Shown here one piece after another: positions 1-9,791 of a stretch of 64,000 bases of DNA. The notes beneath the pieces are model-generated. The model ran no database searches. It saw nothing but the letters and a program-made list of their open reading frames with translations, and was not told the DNA's origin. This stretch comes from an uncultured Alphaproteobacteria bacterium. Lineage in GTDB: Bacteria > Pseudomonadota > Alphaproteobacteria > Acetobacterales > Acetobacteraceae. A program made the position numbers and the translations under genes. Each line of letters starts with the position of its first letter. The stretch's first letter is position 1. Location: contig CAWFVX010000013.1 of assembly GCA_963819345.1 (NCBI GenBank), positions 22,852-86,851 of the forward strand, written 5' to 3'.

Positions 1-54
1 CCCTGGCGCATGGCCCTTTAACGGAGCACACTGACGGCAAAACCAAAGTGGAGA

Positions 55-972
55 ATGACCGTGAAGCCTGAGGACGTTCTGGCGCATCCGCCGATTGTGC
101 TGACCGCTGCGCAGCGCGCGGCGTATTTCACCGACGGGTTTTTGGTCTTGCCCGACTATGTTCCGACGGCGTGGCTCGCTCGGCTTCAGGCGGTGACGGC
201 GGAGTTGATGGACCGCAGCCGGCGCGTGACGCGGTCGGACGGCGTGTTCGTGCTGGAGGAAGGGCATTCGGCCCACAGTCCGCGGCTGCATCGCGTGACG
301 AGCCCGCAGGACCAGCACCCGGACGTCTGGACGTTCTTCTGCGATCCGGTGATGACCGATCTGGCGGCCGATGTCGTTGGGCCGGACGTGAAGTTCCATC
401 ATGCCAAGCTGAATGTGAAATCCGAGCGCGGAACGCGCGGTTTCAAATGGCATCAGGACATTCCTGCGTGGCCGCACACCGACTACAGCCCGGTGACCAT
501 CGGCATTTATCTGAATGGCTGCGACGACGCCCAAGGACCGCTGACCTTCGTGCGCGGCAGCCATTTAGGACCGTTGCATAGCCAGTACGACGATGCCGGC
601 ACTTTCGTAGTGCGGGTGCATGATGAGGTGGTGCGTGCGATTCCTCCGGAAACGATCGTCGCCGCCACGGGCGGTCCCGGCACGGCCGTGCTGCTGAACT
701 GCCGGACCATCCATGGCTCGCTGGAAAACCGCTCGGATCGTGCGCGCCCTTTGCTTCTGCCGGTCTATTCATCGGCGGATTCGTTCGCCTACACGGCCAG
801 CCCAATCGTCAGTCCGCATATGGGAGATATCGTGTGCGGCCGGCCGGCGCGCTTCGCCAGCTTCGATATGAGGGCGTGCGAACTGCCGCCGGATTTTCGC
901 GCCGGCTACACGCCGCCCTGGGTCGCGCAAGAGCAACAGGAGCGCCGGCAAGCGCCTACGCTTGCAATGTAA
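55..972 (+). CDS. PhyH-family Fe(II)/2-oxoglutarate dioxygenase
   Basis: 305-aa track ORF; PhyH-like His-x-Asp box FKWHQDIPAW and a distal His in RTIHGS. Confidence 0.8.
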   Translation: MTVKPEDVLAHPPIVLTAAQRAAYFTDGFLVLPDYVPTAWLARLQAVTAELMDRSRRVTRSDGVFVLEEGHSAHSPRLHRVTSPQDQHPDVWTFFCDPVMTDLAADVVGPDVKFHHAKLNVKSERGTRGFKWHQDIPAWPHTDYSPVTIGIYLNGCDDAQGPLTFVRGSHLGPLHSQYDDAGTFVVRVHDEVVRAIPPETIVAATGGPGTAVLLNCRTIHGSLENRSDRARPLLLPVYSSADSFAYTASPIVSPHMGDIVCGRPARFASFDMRACELPPDFRAGYTPPWVAQEQQERRQAPTLAM

Positions 973-986
973 CGAGGAAAGCAACG

Positions 987-1799
987 ATGAAGCTGACGGA
1001 TAGGCAAATCGCCGAGTATGAGGAACGCGGCTTCCTGGTGTTCCCGAACCTGGTTGACCCACGCGAAATCGAGATTCTTCGCGCCGACCTGGGCCGCGTC
1101 GCGGGGCTGGAAGCCGAGGAGGTGATCCGGGAGAAAAGCGGGGTCGTGCGCACGGTTTTTCGGGTGCATGACCCAAAAAGCCCGACCGCGTCGGCGCCGT
1201 TCGAGGCGCTCGCCCGGCTGCCGCGCATCCTGGAGCCGGCGCAGCAGTTGCTGCGGGATGACGCTCTGTACGTTTATCACTCGAAGTGCAACATGAAGGA
1301 AGCGATCAAGGGCGAAATCTGGCAGTGGCATCAGGATTACGGCTCTTGGCGGAACGACGGTGTGCCGTCGCCGAATATGACGACGGCGCTGCTGATGATC
1401 GACGAGGCGAGCGAGATCGGAGGCTGCTTGTATTTCATCCCCGGCAGTCACACGCTTGGCCGGTTCGAAGCGGAACTGGATTGCGAGACGACATCGTATC
1501 GGCTATGGACGGTGAAGAAGCTGGATGTGGTCGGCGCAATGGAGCGCTTTGGCGATCCGGTGGCTATTACTGGGAAGCCCGGGACCGTGGTGCTGTTCCA
1601 TCCGAACCTGGTGCATGGGTCTGGCCACAACATGTCGCGTTACTCGCGTTGGCACATATACACGGTCTACAATCCAATAGCGAACCGACCGCCTGTGCAC
1701 CAAAACGCTCGGCCTGAGTGGGTGGTCGCGCAGGACGTGACGCCGCTTCGAATAGGGAGCGATGACGAAATTTTCGGGGTGAGCCAAGCCGCGGAGTAG
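987..1799 (+). CDS. Ectoine-hydroxylase-like PhyH-family dioxygenase
   Basis: Track ORF 834..1799 trimmed to ATG 987 (MKLTDRQIAEYEERGF), just downstream of GAGGAAAG; motifs WQWHQDYGSW and FHPNLVHGSGHN; tandem paralogue of the upstream gene. Confidence 0.8.
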   Translation: MKLTDRQIAEYEERGFLVFPNLVDPREIEILRADLGRVAGLEAEEVIREKSGVVRTVFRVHDPKSPTASAPFEALARLPRILEPAQQLLRDDALYVYHSKCNMKEAIKGEIWQWHQDYGSWRNDGVPSPNMTTALLMIDEASEIGGCLYFIPGSHTLGRFEAELDCETTSYRLWTVKKLDVVGAMERFGDPVAITGKPGTVVLFHPNLVHGSGHNMSRYSRWHIYTVYNPIANRPPVHQNARPEWVVAQDVTPLRIGSDDEIFGVSQAAE

Positions 1800-1965
1800 C
1801 AGCGAACAGAATGGCCGTCTGAGTAACGATACTGCTTATGCCAGCTTGTGTCGTAATGGATGATGGTTGCGGGTTCGGGTGCTCGGTCGTCACGACTGTG
1901 CGAACGGACCGAGATGGTTCTGATCCTGTTCAACCGAACGCGATTTTAGTCTAAGATAGTCGGCG

Positions 1966-2337
1966 ATGTTGAACCGCCGCGTTCCCGTCCATGGGCTGTT
2001 GGCCGTGCTGCTGGCGTTAATGGCGCAGCTTGGCATGGGCGCAACGGTGCCGCGGCTCGACCCGTTTGCACGGATTGTCAGCGCGGAGATCCTCTGCCAC
2101 GCGCCGGACGGTGCTGGTGACACACCCCCAGCGCCGATGCATCCGCTCGACTGCCTGATTTGCCCACTGTGCGTCTCAGTACATGCGCCGCCAGTAGTGT
2201 TGGTAAGTGACGTAGGGATTGACATGCCTTCCGCCGGGGTTGTGGTGCTTCGCTCCGAGCTTCCGCCACCGTCCACGGCGCCACCTTCATCCCACCGTCC
2301 ACCCAGCCAGCCCCGGGCACCCCCCGCGATCTCCTGA
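1966..2337 (+). CDS. DUF2946-like small exported Cys/His-rich protein
   Basis: 123-aa ORF with a hydrophobic N-terminus, a HPLDCLICPLC motif and a Pro-rich tail; family assignment is from memory of the DUF2946 pattern. Confidence 0.4.
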   Translation: MLNRRVPVHGLLAVLLALMAQLGMGATVPRLDPFARIVSAEILCHAPDGAGDTPPAPMHPLDCLICPLCVSVHAPPVVLVSDVGIDMPSAGVVVLRSELPPPSTAPPSSHRPPSQPRAPPAIS

Positions 2338-2394
2338 GCACGTCCGCCGGCCCACGTCCGTAAGGGCCGATTTTTTTGCTTCAGGAGATTATTC

Positions 2395-3345
2395 ATGAAT
2401 CCACGTTATTTGCTTGCCACGATGGCCGTCAGCACGATGGCATTGAGCGACCATGCCAGCGCCCATGGCTTTGCCGGAGACCATCTGTTCATCAGCACAC
2501 TGCTGCTCGACGATCCGAATGTCGCCGACGAGGCCAGCCTTCCCACCTTCAGCGTCCTGCCACAGCCGAACGACGGCGGACCAACGTCCAACCTATACGG
2601 GCTCGGCTTCGAGTGGGACAAGCGCATCACGGAGAATTTTGGGTTTGCCATTAATGACGGATATAATTGGCTGAGCCGGCCCGGCTCCAAGACTACCAAC
2701 GGCTGGCAGAATCTTGTCGTTACGCTAAAGTGGAAGCCGTACGTCAACTTCGAACACGAGTTCCTGTTTTCAGTTGGCGTGCAGCGGGAATTTGCGCGCA
2801 GCGGAGCCAACGGTGCAAATGGCGCAGTCCTCGATAATGACGACAGCAGCTCCACCGAACCAACATTCTACTTTGCAAAGGGCTTTGGAGATCTACCGGT
2901 CGACGCACTGCGACCGCTGATGCTGACCGGCGAACTTGGCTACGTGATCGCCGACAAGAAGCTGAAAGTCGATCCGAGCGATGGCAGCCCGATCAACAAC
3001 GGCATTGCCAATGCCTGGGCCGGGGGTCTGTCGCTTCAGTACAGCATCCGTTACCTGTCGGCCGAGGTGAAGGATTATGGACTGTCTACGTTCGTCAACC
3101 GACTGACGCCGATTGTTGAGCTAACCTGGTCATCGTCCGCAAGTAAGCCCAACCAGGACACCACACAATATCTTTTTGGCGTCGGGTTGAACTACACTGC
3201 CACGGATTACGCGTTTGGTTTGGAGATGCTGGTCCCTGGCAACCGCGAGACCGGCTCCCATCTGGGGGTCATCGCTCAGTTCCATCTGTATTTCGACGAC
3301 CTGTTTCCACATAGCCTGGGCAAGCCGATCGTGAACTGGTTCTGA
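2395..3345 (+). CDS. Outer-membrane beta-barrel protein (MetA/phenol-degradation-like transporter family)
   Basis: 316-aa ORF; signal peptide ending SAHG; alternating beta-strand pattern; C-terminal aromatic residue (..IVNWF); AGGAG upstream of ATG 2395. Confidence 0.6.
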   Translation: MNPRYLLATMAVSTMALSDHASAHGFAGDHLFISTLLLDDPNVADEASLPTFSVLPQPNDGGPTSNLYGLGFEWDKRITENFGFAINDGYNWLSRPGSKTTNGWQNLVVTLKWKPYVNFEHEFLFSVGVQREFARSGANGANGAVLDNDDSSSTEPTFYFAKGFGDLPVDALRPLMLTGELGYVIADKKLKVDPSDGSPINNGIANAWAGGLSLQYSIRYLSAEVKDYGLSTFVNRLTPIVELTWSSSASKPNQDTTQYLFGVGLNYTATDYAFGLEMLVPGNRETGSHLGVIAQFHLYFDDLFPHSLGKPIVNWF

Positions 3346-3965
3346 CGTGGTGAGCGAATTTTCGTTGGCGCCGGCCAGTTGCCTGGGGAGCCGGGCAATT
3401 CTTGCCTTCGCGCAAGCACCATCCTGCCGACCGCGCGCCGGCCAGGGTGACGATCGCCTTCATTGAAGGCACAGAGCCTGGCTTCAGTATGATCGAGGTA
3501 TGGGACTCGCACGACCTTCGGATCGGCGATGCCCTACCTGCACCCCGGCCAGCCGCACCGGCAGGCAGCTCTCGGTCGGCCCGCCGACGAATACGCAGTC
3601 ATCTCGGGCGCCACCCTACTTGAGACCCACAAGACTGAGGGCGCGTCGACTGCAGTGTTCCCCCTTGAGCCTTGCGTTGTCATCCCGGTCTTGGGGCGCG
3701 GGTGCTAACTGGCGACCTTGGTCTCGCTGGCCCTAGGGCCCCGACGAGCCTGAATGACGCCGGGGCGGCGGCCTGGCTAGGGGGTGGGCTGGTGCGCCTT
3801 GTCAGACAGTTCGATGGCGCTGCTCTGCTTACCGGCGTTGTCCGGGTGCCGCGATGAGCACGGCGCACATTGCGGCGCTGATTGCCGTCGTATGGTCAAC
3901 GTTGCGTATTTTGGCCGCTCATGAGCATATCCGGCCACTGTCCAAAGGTTTGGCCGAATTCACGC

Positions 3966-4637
3966 ATGGATTCTATCTTTAACGGCGATCTCAGCACGAC
4001 TAAGGGCCGCGCAGTGGCATGGATCAACTCACTGTTCGTCGATCACGCAGTGTTTCGCCTCGCTTGGAGCAACCTTGAGCCCGTTGTCCCCGGCAAGATC
4101 TATCGTTGCAATCACCCGACCCCGGCCCGTTTGCGCCGGCTAGCTGGGCGGCTTGGGCTGCGTACGGTAATCAATTTGCGCGGCCGGACGCAGAGCGGTT
4201 CAGACGCTCTTTCGCGGGAGGCGGCGCGCGAATTGGGATTGATGTTTCACGACAACGCGTTTGAGAGCCGGGGTGCACCACAGCGGGATCGAATCATGCG
4301 TTTGCACGATATTTATGCGTCTATGGAAACGCCGGCGATAATGCATTGCAAGTCCGGAGCTGATCGGGCGGGCCTTGCCGCGGGGCTGATGGTCCTGTTC
4401 GCAGGTGGCACGTCGGCTGAGGCGCTGCGGCATCTGTCATGGCGCTTTGGACACATCAAGCAGGCAAAGACAGGTATCCTGGACGCTTTCTTCTTGCGCT
4501 ATCAACGAGAAGCTGAAGGCTGCAAGTCCTTCCTGGACTGGGTGCGGGACGACTATGACGCGACCGCCCTGCAGCGAGATTTTCATGCCAACGGCTTGGC
4601 CAGCTTTATCAATGACTGGGTGCTAGCGCACGGGTAA
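3966..4637 (+). CDS. Tyrosine/dual-specificity phosphatase family protein
   Basis: CX5R P-loop HCKSGADRAG; track ORF 3882..4637 trimmed to ATG 3966 (MDSIFNG); start uncertain. Confidence 0.7.
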   Translation: MDSIFNGDLSTTKGRAVAWINSLFVDHAVFRLAWSNLEPVVPGKIYRCNHPTPARLRRLAGRLGLRTVINLRGRTQSGSDALSREAARELGLMFHDNAFESRGAPQRDRIMRLHDIYASMETPAIMHCKSGADRAGLAAGLMVLFAGGTSAEALRHLSWRFGHIKQAKTGILDAFFLRYQREAEGCKSFLDWVRDDYDATALQRDFHANGLASFINDWVLAHG

Positions 4638-4684
4638 CTCGCAAGATGCTTCCGCCAATAAAAAGTTTTATGGCCCAGTTGAGG

Positions 4685-4715
4685 GCCCGCCCCGTCTATG
4701 CTCGGCGGGACGGGC
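4685..4715. terminator. GC-rich hairpin between convergent genes
   Basis: gcccgccccgtc (4685-4696) pairs with ggcgggacgggc (4704-4715) with one mismatch and one G-U pair; lies between the phosphatase (+) and the small glycine-rich gene (-). Confidence 0.35.
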
Positions 4716-4748
4716 TCTCAGTGCGGCCAGAACTCCTGGAACTGCAGC

Positions 4749-4997
4749 CTAGTGTTCCGGCGTTCGCTGCATGTCCTGTTGCTGCACCTGCTTCTGGTCA
4801 GACTGTTTTTGCTTCTCGAATGCCATGTGGTGCCCTACCGCACAGCCTCCCGCCGCGCCAAGGACGCCATGGTTCGCCATGTGACCGGCGGCACCGCCGA
4901 CCACGGCGCCCGTTATACAGCCCTTCGCCTGGGCCGGGCCTGAAGCGCCCGCTGCCAGAGCAAGAGCCAAAGCGACGGGCATGATCATTAACTTCAT
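4749..4997 (-). CDS. Small secreted glycine-zipper protein
   Basis: 82-aa ORF; signal peptide MKLMIMPVALALALAAGASGPAQA; Gly/Ala/His-rich core GAVVGGAAGHMANHGVLGAAGG. Confidence 0.55.
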   Translation of the reverse strand: MKLMIMPVALALALAAGASGPAQAKGCITGAVVGGAAGHMANHGVLGAAGGCAVGHHMAFEKQKQSDQKQVQQQDMQRTPEH

Positions 4998-5057
4998 CGA
5001 ACGCGCTCCTTCGTTGCTTGGAGATGCAACGCCCGGGTCGAGGGGCCGGTTGCGAAC

Positions 5058-6002
5058 TCAGCCGAACATATCGGCGGGAGCTTGAGCGCGGAGGCTAGCA
5101 CCGAGGTCGGCGCCAATCCGGGCGCCATCCGTTGCGGCCCCGGTTTCTGAGCGCCGCAGCAGGAATGAGCCATCGACCCGGGCAATGAGGCCGGTCAGGG
5201 TCAGGCTTCCATCGGTCAGCAAGCGAGCGTGGGCACCGATCGGTGTGCGGCAGGAGCCATCTAGCGCCGCCAGCAGGGCACGCTCGGCGGTCGCGACGGC
5301 GCGAGACGTTGGGTCCTCGATTTGGCTGCATAGCTCGTGCAGCGCCGTGTCATCGGCGCGAAGGGTGATGCCGACGATCCCTTGGGTCGCGGCGGGCAGC
5401 ATTTTCTCCGGGTCGAGGATGATGGCTCCCGGGATGTCCATGCCCAAGCGGCGCAGGCCGGCCAAAGCTAGCGTAGTGGCTTGGCACTCGCAGTCACGAA
5501 GCTTTCTCAGGCGCGTCTGAACGTTGCCGCGGATCGGGACAACTCGGAGGTCCGGCCTGGGGTGCAGCAACTGCGCCTGCCGGCGGACCGAGGAGGTTCC
5601 GATCACGGCGGCATGCGGCAGTGCGGCTAACGGGTCGCCGGCCACGGGGGGACCGCAGCCCTCGCCGAGAATGATTACGTCGCGGGCATCCTCTCGCGCC
5701 AGCACGCAGCCGAGCAGGATTCCCGGGGGAAGATCGGTTTCGAGGTCCTTGAGGCTGTGAACCGCGCAGTCGATGCGGTGGTCCAGCAGGGCTTCGTGGA
5801 TTTCCTTGGCGAACAGGCCCTTGCCGCCGACGTCGGCCAACGGGCGGTCCTGCACGGCGTCACCGGTAGTCGCGATGATGACTTCCCGGCTGGCTCCCGC
5901 GTTCGGAACCGAGGCGAGCAGATGCAGGAAGCCTCGGGTCTGCAACAATGCCAAGGGGGATCCGCGGGTGCCGACTCTTATCTCGGACATAAGGGGTTTC
6001 AT
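5058..6002 (-). CDS. hemC: Hydroxymethylbilane synthase (porphobilinogen deaminase)
   Basis: RVGTRGSPLALLQT N-terminus, HSLKDL, GNVQTRLRKL and a cofactor Cys in DGSCRTPIG; track ORF trimmed to ATG 6002, because the longer form would overlap zwf. Confidence 0.9.
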   Translation of the reverse strand: MKPLMSEIRVGTRGSPLALLQTRGFLHLLASVPNAGASREVIIATTGDAVQDRPLADVGGKGLFAKEIHEALLDHRIDCAVHSLKDLETDLPPGILLGCVLAREDARDVIILGEGCGPPVAGDPLAALPHAAVIGTSSVRRQAQLLHPRPDLRVVPIRGNVQTRLRKLRDCECQATTLALAGLRRLGMDIPGAIILDPEKMLPAATQGIVGITLRADDTALHELCSQIEDPTSRAVATAERALLAALDGSCRTPIGAHARLLTDGSLTLTGLIARVDGSFLLRRSETGAATDGARIGADLGASLRAQAPADMFG

Positions 6003-6046
6003 AGCACCACGGTCGCCGGGCGGGATAGCGCGGGTCGGGGTGGGCG

Positions 6047-7522
6047 CTACTCGATTTCCTCGTGCCAGGTGCGGCCGTCGCGCTCGATCAGCGCGATCGC
6101 GGCGGTAGGGCCCCAGCTTCCCGCCGGATAGGGACGCGGATGGTCCGGCCTCGCCGCCCATCCCTCCAGGATTGGCTCGACCCAGGCCCAGGCAGCCTCG
6201 ACTTCGTCGCGGCGCATGAAGAGCGTCGGATCGCCACGCACGACATCCATCAGCAGCCGTTCATAGGCATCGGGAAAGCGCCGCCCGAACGTCTTCTCGA
6301 AGTTGATGTCGAGGCCTGTAGGGGAGAGCCGCAGACCACCGGGGCCGGGATCCTTGGTCATCATCTCCAACCGCATGCCTTCCTCGGGCTGCAGACGGAT
6401 GATCAGGGTATTGGGACGCCATTGTGCCGCGTCGGGAGGGAAGATGGTGAACGGCGGGGATCGGAACTGGATGACGATCTCGGACACTTTCGCGGGCAGC
6501 CGCTTGCCGGTGCGCAGGTAGAACGGCACACCGGCCCAGCGCCACGAGCGGACCTCGGCTTTCAGAGCGACGAAGCTCTCGGTGTTGGATACTTCCTCCG
6601 AGCCCAGATCGGCCGAGTAGCCGGGGACCGGCTTGCCGTCGATCGCGCCCTGGGTGTATTGGCCCCGCACCGTCAGGGCCGTGACTTCATGCGGTTCCAT
6701 GGGCTTCAGGGCACGCAGCACCTTCAGCTTCTCGTCACGCACCCGGTCAGCATCGAGCGAGACCGGCGGGTCCATCGCGATCAGGCACAGCAGCTGCAGC
6801 ATGTGATTTTGCAGCATGTCACGCAGCGCGCCGGATTTGTCGTAATAGCCGCCGCGGCCTTCCAGCCCGACCGTTTCGGCAACGGTGATTTGCACGTGGT
6901 CGATCACGTCGGCGGTCCATAGACGCTCGAAGATGGTGTTGGCGAACCGCAGCGCCATCAGGTTCTGCACTGTCTCCTTGCCCAGGTAGTGGTCGATGCG
7001 GAAGGTGTGAGCCTCGGAAAAGATCTTTCCGACCTCGTCGATGATTGCGTGCGCGGATGGGGCGTCGTGACCGATCGGCTTTTCCAGCACGACGTGGGAC
7101 TGTTCGGTGACCATGCCGTTGGCACCGAGCGCGTGGCAGATCGGACCGTAGAGGTCGGGCGAGGTGGCGAGGTAGAAGACCCGGACGCGGGCGTCGTCCA
7201 GCATGGGGCCGAAGCGGCTCCAGTCCGCGTCGTGCGCCGTAGCGTCGATCGAGACATAGTGCAGTTGCGCCAGAAACGCGCCGATCGATTCAGCATCCTG
7301 ATCGGCTTTCGGGAGGTGCTGTGCGAGGGTCTTGGCAGCGCGTTGCCGGTAGTCGTCGTCGGACAATTGGGATCGGGCGGCGCCGATGATGCGGGAGTCG
7401 GCGGGCATTTGCCCGTCGTGGAAGCGGTAGTACAGCGCCGGCAGCAATTTTCGCAGGGTCAGGTCGCCGGTGGCGCCGAAAACAACGCAGTCAAAGACGG
7501 CTACGGGTCTGATTTTCGGCAT
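6047..7522 (-). CDS. zwf: Glucose-6-phosphate 1-dehydrogenase
   Basis: [21 protein letters not shown] motif and RIDHYLGKE active-site motif; trimmed to ATG 7522 ([13 protein letters not shown]). Confidence 0.92.
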   Translation of the reverse strand: MPKIRPVAVFDCVVFGATGDLTLRKLLPALYYRFHDGQMPADSRIIGAARSQLSDDDYRQRAAKTLAQHLPKADQDAESIGAFLAQLHYVSIDATAHDADWSRFGPMLDDARVRVFYLATSPDLYGPICHALGANGMVTEQSHVVLEKPIGHDAPSAHAIIDEVGKIFSEAHTFRIDHYLGKETVQNLMALRFANTIFERLWTADVIDHVQITVAETVGLEGRGGYYDKSGALRDMLQNHMLQLLCLIAMDPPVSLDADRVRDEKLKVLRALKPMEPHEVTALTVRGQYTQGAIDGKPVPGYSADLGSEEVSNTESFVALKAEVRSWRWAGVPFYLRTGKRLPAKVSEIVIQFRSPPFTIFPPDAAQWRPNTLIIRLQPEEGMRLEMMTKDPGPGGLRLSPTGLDINFEKTFGRRFPDAYERLLMDVVRGDPTLFMRRDEVEAAWAWVEPILEGWAARPDHPRPYPAGSWGPTAAIALIERDGRTWHEEIE

Positions 7523-7846
7523 CCAGGCTCTCCTGACACGGGCTGATGCTGCGAGCGGGCTTCGCGGGTGCGGCATCGGTGCTACACCATGCGGGTCGGG
7601 AGGGCTACAACCCCTCGGGTTGCGGTGCTGCCCCCCAACGCTCAACTGGGATTCTGATGTGTCTCCGTGGGCATGTGGCCCCCGCTGACTGGTTCTTTCA
7701 TCAACGATCTGTATGGCAGCATCTGGATTTTCCAGCGCGGCGCATTCCTACAAGCAGGCGCGAAAGCTTTGGCTGAAACGGCGGGGTTCCAAGGCTGAAC
7801 AGCCAACACTTCCGTAACATTGGGCCGCGTGCTACCCGGCGGCGCA

Positions 7847-8521
7847 ATGAAGTCTTTACTTCGCACACCTCAAGCCCAGGCCATGCTCGCGAGCCTGCTG
7901 AGCTTCTATCTGACCTTCGCGCTCCGTACCACGCGGTGGACGCTGGACGGGCAGGAGCATTTTCGCCCGCACGGGGCCGGCGTTCCGGCGGTGTTCGCCT
8001 TCTGGCACGAGTTCCTGCCGCTGATGCCGGCCTTGTCGCTGATCGCCCGCAAGCTGCCATTTTATCGCCTTACCCCAATACACACCCTGGTGAGCCAGCA
8101 TCGCGATGGACAGTTCATCGGGGCGGTGGTGCGGCGCTTTGGCATCTCGCCGATTTTGGGCTCTTCCACACGAGGTGGCGCGACGGGGATGCGGAATTTG
8201 CTGGCCGTGCTCAGGAAGGGAGAACTAATTGGTATAACGCCAGATGGCCCAAGGGGCCCACGGCGTCAGGCCGCTTTTGGCGTGGCGCAATTGGCCGCGT
8301 TGTCAGGTGTGCCGGTGGTGCCCCTCGCAGCGCGGACCAGCCGGCGTGTCCAACTCGATACCTGGGACAGGATGCCGGTGCCCCTGCCGTTCGGCCGCGG
8401 CGTTATGGTGTGCGGCCCAGCGATCTATGTTCCTCGGCACGACTGGAAAGGTGCGATCCCGGCGATCACCGAGGCTTTGAACCTAGCGGCCGCGCGAGCG
8501 GACCTGTTGTGTCCGGCATGA
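7847..8521 (+). CDS. DUF374 (lysophospholipid acyltransferase-like) protein
   Basis: FWHEFLPLMP, SQHRDGQFI and ITPDGPRGPRRQA motifs; ATGA overlap with the waaA start; usual partner of waaA in alphaproteobacteria. Confidence 0.75.
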   Translation: MKSLLRTPQAQAMLASLLSFYLTFALRTTRWTLDGQEHFRPHGAGVPAVFAFWHEFLPLMPALSLIARKLPFYRLTPIHTLVSQHRDGQFIGAVVRRFGISPILGSSTRGGATGMRNLLAVLRKGELIGITPDGPRGPRRQAAFGVAQLAALSGVPVVPLAARTSRRVQLDTWDRMPVPLPFGRGVMVCGPAIYVPRHDWKGAIPAITEALNLAAARADLLCPA

Positions 8522-9789
8522 CCGCCGGTCTGCTTGCGTCCGGCTGGACTGTCGCGGCCACATTGCTGGCTCCGGCAATCCGAGCGAATTTGCACCGCCG
8601 GGTCAGGACCGGCCGCGAAATCGCCGAACGCTTGCCGGAGCGCTTCGGTATCGATGAAACGCCTCGGCCGTCCGGTCGCCTGTTATGGATGCATGCGGCG
8701 AGTGTAGGAGAGACGATGTCGATCCTTCCGGTCCTGGATGCGTTGCGTTACCGGGCGAAGGTGCTGCTGACGACCGGGACCGCGACCTCCCAGGCACTGC
8801 TGGACCAGCGCATTCCGGAGCACGGGCTTAGCGGCCACGTGCTGCACCGCTTCGCGCCGCTGGACGTGCCGTCTTGGGTCGGGCGGTTCTTGTCGCACTG
8901 GCAGCCCGATGCCGGCTGCTTCGTGGAAAGCGAGTTGTGGCCCAATCAGCTTGCCGCCTGCCACGCGAGGGGTATCAAGCTGATGTTGCTCAACGCCCGC
9001 ATGTCGGATCGCAGCTTCGTCCGTTGGCGCCAGGTGCCGGGGCTCGCATGCCGCCTGCTGGATGGCTTTGCCCTTATCCAGGCGCGTGGAGACCAGGACG
9101 CAGAGCGGCTACGCACGCTTGGGGCGACCCGCGTCGACAGTCCTGGGGATCTGAAGTTTGCCGCGCCGCCGCTGCCGGTGGATGCGGTTGAACAGGATCG
9201 TCTGAGGGGCATTTTGGGCGACCGCCCCGTCTGGCTCGCGGCGAGCACCCATCCGGGAGAGGAGACCCTGATCGCCCGCGTCCACCGTTCTGTAGCTGAG
9301 ACCCATCCAGGCTTGCTGACCATCATCGCGCCCCGGCACCCCGACCGTGGACCCGCCTTGTCGGCGGAACTGAACGCACCTCGGCGGGGGGCTGGGCAGG
9401 ATCCGCCACAGGATGCCGGAATCTGGATCGCCGACACGATGGGTGAACTGGGTCTGTGGTATCGCCTCGCGCCGATCGCCTTCGTGGGACGGAGTTTGAT
9501 CCGGTCCGGCGGCGGCCAGAACCCGCTTGAGCCGGCGCGTCTTGGCTGCTGCATCGCCGTCGGGCCGTATACCGGCAATTTTATCGACCACGTGGCGTTG
9601 TTGCGCGATGCCGGCGGCCTGGTGGATGTGGCCCACGCGGACGCACTGGCTCGGTTCGTGTCGACGATGCTCGACAATCCCGAGCAGCGGGGGCGTCTGG
9701 GCGAGCATGCGGCGGAGTTTATTCGTCGCTATTCGGACCTTCCCGCGCGTTCGGCAGAGGCGCTGCTCTCCCTGCTGCCCCGGGCCTAA
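8518..9789 (+). CDS. waaA: 3-deoxy-D-manno-octulosonic acid (Kdo) transferase
   Basis: Lies within track ORF 7936..9789; start ATG 8518 overlaps the upstream stop; LWMHAASVGE.. and GGQNPLEPA motifs typical of KdtA. Confidence 0.88.
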   Translation: MTAGLLASGWTVAATLLAPAIRANLHRRVRTGREIAERLPERFGIDETPRPSGRLLWMHAASVGETMSILPVLDALRYRAKVLLTTGTATSQALLDQRIPEHGLSGHVLHRFAPLDVPSWVGRFLSHWQPDAGCFVESELWPNQLAACHARGIKLMLLNARMSDRSFVRWRQVPGLACRLLDGFALIQARGDQDAERLRTLGATRVDSPGDLKFAAPPLPVDAVEQDRLRGILGDRPVWLAASTHPGEETLIARVHRSVAETHPGLLTIIAPRHPDRGPALSAELNAPRRGAGQDPPQDAGIWIADTMGELGLWYRLAPIAFVGRSLIRSGGGQNPLEPARLGCCIAVGPYTGNFIDHVALLRDAGGLVDVAHADALARFVSTMLDNPEQRGRLGEHAAEFIRRYSDLPARSAEALLSLLPRA

Positions 9790-9791
9790 AG

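Noticed and set aside
5058-6161. A 367-aa form of hemC that overlaps zwf
   Set aside because: The extra 53 N-terminal residues are Arg/Pro-rich high-GC read-through and overlap the zwf 3' end. HemC homology starts at MKPLMSEIRVGTRGSP (ATG 6002).
6062-6922. Long antisense ORF (286 aa) opposite zwf
   Set aside because: This is a shadow ORF typical of high-GC DNA. Its composition is Arg/Gly/Ala/Pro-rich, it has no motifs, and the opposite strand carries an unambiguous G6PD.
7936-9789. A 617-aa ORF suggesting a much longer Kdo transferase
   Set aside because: Its first ~194 codons overlap the DUF374 gene in another frame and have no KdtA-like sequence. ATG 8518 forms an ATGA junction with the DUF374 stop and begins the recognisable WaaA N-terminus.
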